Shown here in pieces: positions 33,157 to 41,119 of a stretch of DNA of 47,691 nt. Origin of the DNA: a virus (lineage: Duplodnaviria > Caudoviricetes). Position 1 is the first letter of the stretch. The number at the start of each line of letters is the position of its first letter. The DNA lies in IMG/VR virus record IMGVR_UViG_3300042196_000086, positions 1 through 47,691 of that record. The stretch is one strand, 5' to 3'. The notes beneath the pieces were generated by a model. The model saw only the letters and a list, made by a program, of their open reading frames with translations, searched no databases and was not told the origin of the DNA. Position numbers and translations under genes: made by a program.

Positions 33157-34242
33157 ATGGCTGGCGCCCCTCGTCTCAGTGTCCAGAACCGAATCGCGGC
33201 GGCTGCTACCGTGCTGTCGGCTTCCGCCGCGCAGGCGGCCGCGCCGGTCGCTTGGCTCAAAGACCAGCTCCGCTCGAAGACCTGGCGATCACCGCTCGGC
33301 TGGACGATCACCGCTGGCTTCAACGACAAGATCGATTTCAACCGTGGTGGAGTGAAGGTGGCGACGGTTGCGGCCGGAACCTACGCGACGGGGGCCGCCC
33401 TCGCTGCGGCAGTCGTGACGGCGCTCGAGGCGGCAGACGCGACGCCTGTCTGGGCATGCTCCTACAGCGTGAGCACCTTCAAGTTCACGGTCTCGAGCGA
33501 CCTCGCCTTTACGCTACTGTGGGGAACGGGGACGAACACGGGGACTGCCTGCCACAAAGAGCTCGGCTTCGCCGTGGCGGACACGGGTTCCGCGACATCG
33601 CAGGTCGGGGCGAACGCGGTCTACCAGTCGCGCCACTTCATCAAGGCTGACCTCGGCTCCGCGCTGTCCGTGCAGGTCGGGATCGTCATCAACCACAACG
33701 CCGGGGCCGGCGGCACCTTCACGCTCCAGGGCAACGCGACGGATGCATGGACGGCGCCGACGGTCAACCAGGCCCTCGCCGGTGACGCCGCGATCCGAAT
33801 CGCCTTCATCTCGACGCAGACGCTGCGCTACTGGCGCCTCGTGATCGACGACTGCGGGAACACGCTCGGTTACAGCGAGGTCGGCATCTGGTATGCGGGC
33901 CCCTACACCCAGCCGAGCGTAAGCTATGCGATCGGTTTTCGAAAGCGATGGGACGAGCTCTCCGAGGTGAGCATCGCGAAGAGCGGGGCGCACTGGCAGG
34001 ATGAAAATCCGCGTCGCCCGGTGTGGTCGGCACTGTGGAGCGAGGTCCCCGAAGCCGATCGCGCGGCGCTCGCGGCCGCCTTCGCGCTCGTTCCGAAGGG
34101 GAAGAGCTTCTTCTTCACCTTCGATGCCGCGAGCCCGACCGTCACTGAGTACGGCTGGCTCGCCGAGGGTGTCGAGGAGGCGCTCACCTCCGGGCTCTAC
34201 TTCGACATTCCGGTGTCCATCTTCGCTGGCGCGCTGGGGTAG
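33157..34242 (+). CDS. Distal tail-like protein with inserted domain
   Basis: First gene after the tape measure. LQGNATDAW and RYWRLVIDD motifs. Confidence 0.7.
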   Translation: MAGAPRLSVQNRIAAAATVLSASAAQAAAPVAWLKDQLRSKTWRSPLGWTITAGFNDKIDFNRGGVKVATVAAGTYATGAALAAAVVTALEAADATPVWACSYSVSTFKFTVSSDLAFTLLWGTGTNTGTACHKELGFAVADTGSATSQVGANAVYQSRHFIKADLGSALSVQVGIVINHNAGAGGTFTLQGNATDAWTAPTVNQALAGDAAIRIAFISTQTLRYWRLVIDDCGNTLGYSEVGIWYAGPYTQPSVSYAIGFRKRWDELSEVSIAKSGAHWQDENPRRPVWSALWSEVPEADRAALAAAFALVPKGKSFFFTFDAASPTVTEYGWLAEGVEEALTSGLYFDIPVSIFAGALG

Positions 34243-34245
34243 CCC

Positions 34246-37095
34246 GTGCCGGTGCCGGCCTCCGACGCCATCGCCTCGGACGTGGGGCACGGAGCCCTCG
34301 GGCTTCGCGACAACCTGCGGCCGCTTCAGGAGCTACTCGCCGAGACTTCCGGCCAGCGGCACGTCTGGGTCGAGATGCGGCTCGCACAGCTCATTACTGG
34401 ATGGGCCTTCGACAGCTCCGGCACGTACGTCGCGAGCATGCTCACAGCCTCATGGGATGGTGCGACGCGTGAGGTGATCGGCGTCAAGACCGCGAACGAG
34501 ACGCTCACACGCGTCGAGACGCTCGCGGCCTGCCAGGCCACGGCGGGCACGTTCTACTACAAGGCTGGCGGATCGCAGATTGCGGCATGGGACGACGGGA
34601 TCTCGACCTGGGATAGCGGGATTCTGTGGGACCAGGGGCCGCTGCTCTATGTGCACCTGACGAACGGCGCCAATGCGGCACAGACCGACGTGGTCGCGCA
34701 GTTCGGCCTCTTCGTCGGGACGCATGGCGTCTGGCAGCCGACGCTCGGCGTCGACAAGCTCACGGACGGCAACCTCGAGGCCTGGACCTCGGCGACCGAT
34801 CTCACCTCGTGGACGGAGGCGGCCGTCGGCGCCGGCGGGGGTGCGGTGAACCGCGACAGCACGACCATCCGCCAGGGCGTCTACTCCTGCAGGATCGACG
34901 GATCACTGAACGCCGCGGGCGGGCACGCCATCTCGCAGGGTTCGATGGCGGGCCTCGGCGGCGCCTACTACCGGGCGAGCGGCTACTACCGGACGGACGC
35001 GGGGAATCCCGCCGGCGTCGCGGCGGCGCTTCGCGTCGGGATCTCCGGGGCCTACCTGCTGCCCGATGGCGTGAGCACGACCGCGGCCACGACGGGCGTG
35101 GCGCTCGCGAACACGGCGGGGGAGTGGCGGCGCTTCGCCTTCGATTTCCGCTGCCCCTCCGACACGTCCGCGCTCGAGCTCGCCGCACTCGTCTACAACT
35201 CGACCGGTGGCGCGCTGTCGGCGACCGTGCACTTCGACGCGCTGCGGCTCCAGCGGATTTATCTCTTCGAGTTCGCCGAGCCTCTGCTCACGCTCGACGG
35301 CGTGCCGACGCTCGACGCATCGCGGCAGGACGCTTTCTTCGGTCCCGTCGGTGTCGCGCTCGGCCAGCTCGCGATCGCGAATGGTGGCGCCCGCTTCGAG
35401 TCGCTGCTCGCCTCGTTCGACTGGACCAACCAAGAGGCGATCGTCCGGCTGGGTGGGCGCTTTCCGAACGGCGGGAATGAAGTCCTCTTCGACGACTGCA
35501 GCGTGCAGGCGATAGGGCTCATGGCCGACCCTGCCGTGTCCGACTCGCGCGTGAGCGTGCAGCTCGAGGATGCCCGGCAACGCCTACGCCCATCGCTCCC
35601 GACGCGCTACTACACCGAGGCCGAGTTCTCCGATCTCGCGGATCGCGACAAGGGGCGTGTGCGGCCGATCGTGCTCGGCCAACTTCTTGGCCTACGGCCT
35701 GCGCGAATCGGATTGACGAGCGACGGATTCGGGACCTTCGAGCTTGCCGACTGCACGGGCTCGCCTCAAGGAATCCCCGGGGCCGGAACTGGCGCAGCGG
35801 CGGACATCAAAGTACGCTTCTACCTGACCGAAGAGCACGCGGCGAATCCCATCGCCGGGCGTCGACTCACGATCTTCGTCGACGACTCACCGCCTTTCGC
35901 GACCTGGGACATCACCACCGGCCGCTTCACGCTGACGAAGGACCTGGGGCCGCGCGGCATCACGTCGAAGAACGACAAGCTCGACTTCAACATCGGCGGC
36001 GCGGCCCTCGTGGCCGGAACGAACCACGCGGAGGAGCCCACCATCTACGGAATCGAGTTCATCGCGACGCAGTGGGCTGCCGCCATGAACGCAGCCGCCG
36101 GGACAGCCGACATCACGATTACCTACAACCAGACTACGCACTTGATGACGATCGCGAAGGGAGCAGGCACGCTCAACCTGCTCGCTGCAACTGGTGCCAA
36201 CAAGCATCGTTCGATCTTCCCGATGCTCGGCTTCACGCAAGGCGACCGCACAGGCGCGCTGTCCTACGTCGGCGACTCGCCGGCATTCGTCGATGCGGAC
36301 GACCTGATCGTGAGGGCAGAAATCAAGGGGTTGCTCGACGACGCCTCGGGCACCTATACGGGCACGGCGAACGCCCTGATCGAGAAGGCCCCCGACGTCG
36401 CCGTCTACCTGCTCAACCGCTATCTGGGCGTGCCGCTTGCCTCGATGGATCTCCCGAGCTTCACGGCTGCGCGTGCCACGCACCCGGCGGCGCTCGCGGT
36501 CTACCTCGGTGCGCTCGACGCTGGTGGCGGAGGTTCGAGCGTCTCGGCCTTTGAGGTCCTCGAGAAGATCGAGAACGGCGCCGGCGCCGACATCTCGCTC
36601 GAGGGAGAACTCTGGCGCTGGCGGACGCGGGATTCGTCGGTACCGTCCGATGTCGTTGACCTCTTCGAGTATGACCTACTCTCATGGGAACCGGCTGGCT
36701 ATAGGGCCGAGGATTACTATGCTGTGGTCCGCGTGGCGTACGGGCAGGATCCGACGAGCGGCGCCGAGGTCGTGACGCAAGAGACCAGATCGGAGACAGA
36801 CGTGCGATTCGGTCGACCGAACCAGCGCACGTTCCCGACCTTCCTTTCGAGCTCGAACGACGCCGCGGCGCGGCTCGCGATCCTGTCGGCAGAGGCGGCC
36901 ACGAAGCGCGCACGCTACCGCTTCCGCGTGAAGGGTAAGCTGTTGCTCACGCCGGTCGGACGCAAAGTGCGCGTGACGCGGGCGAAGGGGCTCCATACGA
37001 GCGGAGCCCTTTCAGGGCTGCTGGTGCGGATCCTCCGCAAGCGAGATGACGTCGGCGCCTGGGCGAGCGACGTCGAAGCAATCGAGGTGGTCTGA
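34246..37095 (+). CDS. Tail tip/hub protein with CBM-like and other inserted domains
   Basis: 949 aa. LTDGNLEAW...GEWRRF...VHFDALRL is CBM4/9-like. Hub motif RPIVLG. Confidence 0.75.
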   Translation: MPVPASDAIASDVGHGALGLRDNLRPLQELLAETSGQRHVWVEMRLAQLITGWAFDSSGTYVASMLTASWDGATREVIGVKTANETLTRVETLAACQATAGTFYYKAGGSQIAAWDDGISTWDSGILWDQGPLLYVHLTNGANAAQTDVVAQFGLFVGTHGVWQPTLGVDKLTDGNLEAWTSATDLTSWTEAAVGAGGGAVNRDSTTIRQGVYSCRIDGSLNAAGGHAISQGSMAGLGGAYYRASGYYRTDAGNPAGVAAALRVGISGAYLLPDGVSTTAATTGVALANTAGEWRRFAFDFRCPSDTSALELAALVYNSTGGALSATVHFDALRLQRIYLFEFAEPLLTLDGVPTLDASRQDAFFGPVGVALGQLAIANGGARFESLLASFDWTNQEAIVRLGGRFPNGGNEVLFDDCSVQAIGLMADPAVSDSRVSVQLEDARQRLRPSLPTRYYTEAEFSDLADRDKGRVRPIVLGQLLGLRPARIGLTSDGFGTFELADCTGSPQGIPGAGTGAAADIKVRFYLTEEHAANPIAGRRLTIFVDDSPPFATWDITTGRFTLTKDLGPRGITSKNDKLDFNIGGAALVAGTNHAEEPTIYGIEFIATQWAAAMNAAAGTADITITYNQTTHLMTIAKGAGTLNLLAATGANKHRSIFPMLGFTQGDRTGALSYVGDSPAFVDADDLIVRAEIKGLLDDASGTYTGTANALIEKAPDVAVYLLNRYLGVPLASMDLPSFTAARATHPAALAVYLGALDAGGGGSSVSAFEVLEKIENGAGADISLEGELWRWRTRDSSVPSDVVDLFEYDLLSWEPAGYRAEDYYAVVRVAYGQDPTSGAEVVTQETRSETDVRFGRPNQRTFPTFLSSSNDAAARLAILSAEAATKRARYRFRVKGKLLLTPVGRKVRVTRAKGLHTSGALSGLLVRILRKRDDVGAWASDVEAIEVV

Positions 37096-37649
37096 TGTCG
37101 TTCGATGGAACCAAACCGGCAAACAACAGCGCGCTCGTCTCGGCCGAGGTGCGGGCGAACCTTCAGGACCTCGACACCCGCGCGAAGCCTCTCGCGACCT
37201 TCCAGAGCACCGTGGGCAACGTCGGCACGGGTGAGGACACGCTCGCCTCGTTCAGCATCCCGGCGGGGACGCTCCCGTCCAACGGGGCTTCTGTCAAGGG
37301 GATCTTCTGGGGCAAGTCGGCGTCCAACGCCAACGCCAAGACGCTCCGGGTGCGCTTGATCGAGGGCGCGAACAATCTCATCCTCATCGGCGCGACGCTC
37401 ACGGTTAGTGAGGCCGGGCACTGGATGCTGGGCTTCGTGGCCATGCGGACCGGTGCAACCACATTCCGTGCTGCGACTCAGATGATCGCCGGCCCGGGCA
37501 ACGGTCAGATAACCAAGTCTGTAGCCTTTGTGACGCCTTCCTCGACCGTCACCTGGGCGAACGCCGTGGAGGCGAGGCTCACAGGGGAGGCGACCGCCGA
37601 CAACGACGTCACGATGGAAGGTGGCTACATAGAACTGGCTGGAGTGTAG
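37095..37649 (+). CDS. Short tail fibre/spike protein
   Basis: N-terminal SAEVRANLQDLD anchor motif followed by a beta-rich head. Confidence 0.65.
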   Translation: MSFDGTKPANNSALVSAEVRANLQDLDTRAKPLATFQSTVGNVGTGEDTLASFSIPAGTLPSNGASVKGIFWGKSASNANAKTLRVRLIEGANNLILIGATLTVSEAGHWMLGFVAMRTGATTFRAATQMIAGPGNGQITKSVAFVTPSSTVTWANAVEARLTGEATADNDVTMEGGYIELAGV

Positions 37650-37653
37650 TCAT

Positions 37654-38442
37654 ATGCCTCAGGAGTTTTTCTACCCGATCAGCAGCGCGACCCACGACAC
37701 GCCATCTGGCCGCGACGACTTCACCTACGCCGGGGGCGCTAATAAGAATGCTTCGGCTCGGCCCGGCGGTGGTCGTGCCGGACCAATGACTCACGATGGC
37801 GACACATCACGCATTCAAGTTACGACCAACACGGCATCCGCTGAACAAGCTCTAAACGTAGACTGGCCCGGCCCGATCGGGACATACGTTAACGCTGCGA
37901 ACACAATCTCCTTGTACTTTAGACACAGGTTTGCCGCCGGATCTCCGAGTGGCATTAGGCGAGCGTATTTCTGCAACGCAGCGGGTACCCTATCTGCGTC
38001 GTCTCAGGGTGTAGACAATCAAACGTCTAGCTACGTGGACACAGGGACAGCTGACGCATCGGCCTCAGGCTATCGCCCCGGTGGTGGTACTTGGGTAACC
38101 ACAGACTTCGCGGACGATAAGACAATTTTTCTGATGGCGTTCGCCCAGTCCAACCCCACAGGGCCGAGCCCAGACAACGATGTTGTCGCCTACGTTACAT
38201 CCATGTGGGGACAACTAACCTACGAGTCCCCTACGGGCGGCCTGGTATTCCTCCTGCAACTCGCTGGCCTCGGCGCGCTGCCCTTCGTGGGCGCGATGGA
38301 CTTCAGCCACTTCATGCGCTACTTGGCCTGGCGGCGGGCCCACCATCCACGGCACACGATCTTGACCGGCGACGAGGTCCGCCAGGCGTGGCGGGAGCTG
38401 CGGGAGTACCGGGCGCCGCGCTTCTTCCTGCCGGCGCTCTAG
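37654..38442 (+). CDS. Putative receptor-binding tail protein with low-GC body and GC-rich C-terminal tail
   Basis: GGAG SD, last gene of the tail operon, S/T/G/N-rich. Confidence 0.65.
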   Translation: MPQEFFYPISSATHDTPSGRDDFTYAGGANKNASARPGGGRAGPMTHDGDTSRIQVTTNTASAEQALNVDWPGPIGTYVNAANTISLYFRHRFAAGSPSGIRRAYFCNAAGTLSASSQGVDNQTSSYVDTGTADASASGYRPGGGTWVTTDFADDKTIFLMAFAQSNPTGPSPDNDVVAYVTSMWGQLTYESPTGGLVFLLQLAGLGALPFVGAMDFSHFMRYLAWRRAHHPRHTILTGDEVRQAWRELREYRAPRFFLPAL

Positions 38443-38783
38443 CGCGCGCCGCCGTGGCGTGCGACCTGCCTGGCGTTCCACGCCGCGCAGCCGCCCCAGA
38501 CGACGATCGCGGCGACCTTGAGGACCCTGCCGGCCCGCCGGTGGCCGCGGCGCCGGAGTTCTCGATCGAGGAGCAGCACGCCCGCCGTCGTGCCCGCCTT
38601 CACGACCACCGCGGAGGCGGGTCCGCGCACCAGCGGGTTCGCGTCGTGCGCGCCCGGCACCGTCGCGAACGCCCACTGCGTCGTCGCCAGATCGGCGGCG
38701 CCGACGCCGAGGACGCCGAGCGTGAGGCCATCGGCGGCTCCGGCCGGCATGGCGCCGGGGAAGAGGAGCGCCCCGAGGAACAC
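38439..38783 (-). CDS. Membrane protein, DUF5658-like (start uncertain; frame open to 38993)
   Basis: ADLATT...GAHDANPLV...VKAG...AWN pattern and 3 hydrophobic segments. Confidence 0.6.
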   Translation of the reverse strand: MFLGALLFPGAMPAGAADGLTLGVLGVGAADLATTQWAFATVPGAHDANPLVRGPASAVVVKAGTTAGVLLLDRELRRRGHRRAGRVLKVAAIVVWGGCAAWNARQVARHGGAR

Positions 38784-38799
38784 GAGCCCGCCCGCGGCG

Positions 38800-39040
38800 T
38801 GTTCAAAGTGAAGCGCAAGCGGTGATCCTGCTGCTGCCGTAAGTCGTTGAGGGCTGGTGGCCTGGGACGGAATCGAACCGCCGACACGCGGATTTTCAGC
38901 AGGTAGGAATGGCCTGCTCCCGAGCACAGGAAACGGCCAGAGGCGTCTCGCCCACGACTGGAGCGGCTTCCCGCGTCTACTGATCGTCTCCATGTGTCCC
39001 CTCCCGTCCGTACCTTGTTCAAAGTGGCGCGTAAGCGGCG
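38800..39040. mobile_element. attP region: tRNA-derived core flanked by arm-type direct repeats
   Basis: 25-bp repeats at 38800-38824 and 39016-39040 (21/25 identical), IHF-like TCAA-N4-TTA on the - strand at 38840-38850, core at 38855-38899. Confidence 0.8.
38855..38899 (-). other. 3' half of tRNA-Phe(GAA), the att core (not a complete tRNA)
   Basis: Reverse complement CTGAAAATCCGCGTGTCGGCGGTTCGATTCCGTCCCAGGCCACCA has the anticodon loop, T-arm GTTCGATTC and CCA. No D-arm or 5' acceptor strand. Confidence 0.92.
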
Positions 39041-39110
39041 CTCGATCAGCTCGTACGCCTGCTGTCTCGTGAGGGTAGTACGGAAGTCAAGCCTCGGACT
39101 CTCTGGCTCG

Positions 39111-39602
39111 TCACCGCGGCAGCCGGGCCCGTTTCGCACCTGCCTCCTGCAGGTCCCCGTCCGAGACGATCGCGTAGCGCCGGAGCATGGCCTCGCTGCG
39201 CCAGCCGATCGCGCGCATCACGGTCGGGACGCTCACACCCGCGCGCAGCATGTCGCGCGCCGCGGTGCGCCTGAAGTCGTGGCGGATGCGCCCGCTCACT
39301 CCCGCGGCCGCGCATGCGGCGAGCCAGGCCTCGCGCAGGTAGCCGCTCGCCAGAGCCGTCTCATCGGGCCCGAGGAAGAACCGGGACAGCCTCTTCGCAT
39401 CGTCCGCTCCGGGCACGTGGAGGGCACTGACGACCCGGAGTAAGTTCCGAACGCTCATGGAGGATGCCCCTCGTTCCCAGTTGTGAATCGCGTTCTTCTG
39501 GACTGCCGGCTTCAGGGCCGCCCCAAGCTTCTCCTGGCTTAACTCCCTGAATTCACGCCAGTTGGCGAGCAACTGGCCTTCGATGGGTGGGCACGCCGGC
39601 AT
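39111..39602 (-). CDS. XRE-family repressor HTH fused to the C-terminal catalytic fragment of a tyrosine integrase (163 aa)
   Basis: aa 11-63 XRE HTH (LANWREFRELSQEKLG...IHNWERG). aa 88-155 AW..AC..AG...HDFRRT..R...AG......IGW....L.RY. Confidence 0.85.
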   Translation of the reverse strand: MPACPPIEGQLLANWREFRELSQEKLGAALKPAVQKNAIHNWERGASSMSVRNLLRVVSALHVPGADDAKRLSRFFLGPDETALASGYLREAWLAACAAAGVSGRIRHDFRRTAARDMLRAGVSVPTVMRAIGWRSEAMLRRYAIVSDGDLQEAGAKRARLPR

Positions 39603-39653
39603 TCTCCCGCCCACCCTGATTCCCTGCAATCTCTGGAATCGTGTGCTATAGCC

Positions 39654-39682
39654 TTGACAACTGCGCTGTTGGTGCATAGATT
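39654..39682 (+). promoter_or_regulatory. Sigma70-type early rightward promoter (PR-like)
   Basis: TTGACA (39654-39659), 17-bp spacer, TAGATT (39677-39682). Confidence 0.8.
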
Positions 39683-39689
39683 CGTGTGC

Positions 39690-39929
39690 ATGAGTCGCCT
39701 ACGTCAAGTCAGAGAGGAGAGGGGGCTGAGGCGGGAGGATCTCGCCTCCCGCGCTGGCATCTCCTATCAGTATGTCCGGATTCTGGAATCGTCTGATCCG
39801 CCGACCCCCGGCCTCGAGATCGCCCGGCGGATTGCCGAGGCGCTCGGCGCGACGGTAGACGACATCTTCCCGACCGCCGATGTCGTGGTGGCCCCCGTGC
39901 CCGATACGGGCGCCCCGGACGCGGCCTGA
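39690..39929 (+). CDS. Cro-like XRE HTH regulator
   Basis: LRQVREERGL...LASRAGISYQYVRILE...PGLEIARRIAEALG. Divergent from the repressor. Confidence 0.88.
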   Translation: MSRLRQVREERGLRREDLASRAGISYQYVRILESSDPPTPGLEIARRIAEALGATVDDIFPTADVVVAPVPDTGAPDAA

Positions 39930-39934
39930 AGGTC

Positions 39935-40498
39935 ATGAGCGTCCAAGGTAGGTTCTCGACCTTTCCGGAAACAGACCCGAACCCGAACGCGGTGGGCCTG
40001 TTCCGCGACCGTATCGCCCTCCGCAGCCGGCGCGCGGATGTCGAGTTCCCGCGCGCGCTCGACCTCGAGGCCCAGGTACTCGAGGCGCTCCACGGCGAGC
40101 TCCACGGCGTCGCGTCGGCGCTCGCCGGCTGCCACAGCGCCGACCACTTCCGGGAGCGGCTCCGGGGCGAGCGGGCGTTTCCGCTCGGCGACCTGTGCCG
40201 GCTCGCGACCGACCCGACGCGCGAGGCACGAGCGGCGACGGTCGCGGCCCTGGCGCTCCTGGCGCGCGCGGTGGGGCAGTCGCTTCAGCCGGTGACCGCG
40301 GGCCCCGGCTCGCTGGTCGAGTCGGCGATCGGCGCGGCGGAGATTGCGACGACGGCCCTGGGGGACGTGACCCGGGCGGTCGCGGATGGAGTCGTAGACC
40401 CCTCGGAGGCCGCGTCCCTCCGCTCGCGCGCGACGGAACTGCGGCGCGCGGCCGCGGCCTTCGAGGGTGCGGCGATCACGAGCGAGGCCCGCCGGTGA
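39935..40498 (+). CDS. CII-like regulatory protein
   Basis: Follows cro. C-terminal ADGVVDPSEA..L motif as in phage 186/CP76 CII-like proteins. Confidence 0.6.
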   Translation: MSVQGRFSTFPETDPNPNAVGLFRDRIALRSRRADVEFPRALDLEAQVLEALHGELHGVASALAGCHSADHFRERLRGERAFPLGDLCRLATDPTREARAATVAALALLARAVGQSLQPVTAGPGSLVESAIGAAEIATTALGDVTRAVADGVVDPSEAASLRSRATELRRAAAAFEGAAITSEARR

Positions 40499-40806
40499 GC
40501 GCGACCCCGATCACGGCGGCGAACGCGCGCGAGCAGGCGCTCGAGGGCGCGGCCGAGGCGCTCCGGCGCGTGGCAGACGCGCTGCACCTCCTGGCCGTGA
40601 CGGGAGACGCTCCCGGCCCGCGGCTCGTGGTCTCAGGGCGCGAGCCCGAGGTGCTGCTGAGCATCGAGCAGGCGCAGGCGCTTCTCGGCGGATGCTCGCG
40701 GCGGCACGTCGAGCGGCTCGTCGCCGGGAAGCCGTGCCGGCGCAAGGCGGGACGCAAGGTGCTAGTCGAACGCGCGGGGCTGCTCGCGCTCACACGGAGG
40801 GGTTGA
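40495..40806 (+). CDS. Excisionase-like HTH_17 protein
   Basis: LLSIEQAQALLGGCSRRHVERLV...GRKVLV. GTGA overlap. Confidence 0.7.
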   Translation: MSATPITAANAREQALEGAAEALRRVADALHLLAVTGDAPGPRLVVSGREPEVLLSIEQAQALLGGCSRRHVERLVAGKPCRRKAGRKVLVERAGLLALTRRG

Positions 40807-40811
40807 TCGCC

Positions 40812-41105
40812 ATGGGAAACATTCGGCTCGCCGGTCGACGTGGCGAGGCGCTCAACCGCTTCTGGGCGGGCAAGACCGACGCCGCGCATGCGCTCGCCGA
40901 GATGCGCGGGCACGTGGCGGCGCCGGTGCCGTCCGATGTCCTGCTCGGACTCGTCGCCGATCTCGTCTCCGCGGCGAAGGATCTCGGCCACCAGTCCCGC
41001 GCTGCGCTTGATCGCGAGGAGGTCCTCGCCAAGCTCAACGGCATCTCGGAGCGCGTGGCCGTTGCGCGCGCGATGTACCTGGCCGCGATAGACGGCCGCT
41101 CTTGA
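40812..41105 (+). CDS. Hypothetical protein
   Basis: GGAGGG SD. Starts MGNIRLAG. Confidence 0.7.
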   Translation: MGNIRLAGRRGEALNRFWAGKTDAAHALAEMRGHVAAPVPSDVLLGLVADLVSAAKDLGHQSRAALDREEVLAKLNGISERVAVARAMYLAAIDGRS

Positions 41106-41119
41106 AGGGGGATAGGACG

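Noticed and set aside
37654-38442. Diversity-generating retroelement target
   Set aside because: No reverse transcriptase and no template/variable repeat pair was found in the window.
38855-38899. Functional tRNA-Phe gene
   Set aside because: Only the 3' half is present, with no D-arm or 5' acceptor strand. Interpreted as the att core.
38600-39345. Integrase fragment as an insertion flanked by CGGCTRCC microhomology, whose removal would join the repressor in frame to the 38600-39139 ORF
   Set aside because: An 8-bp imperfect GC-rich match is expected by chance. The downstream frame overlaps the attP arm repeat, which is better explained as non-coding att DNA.
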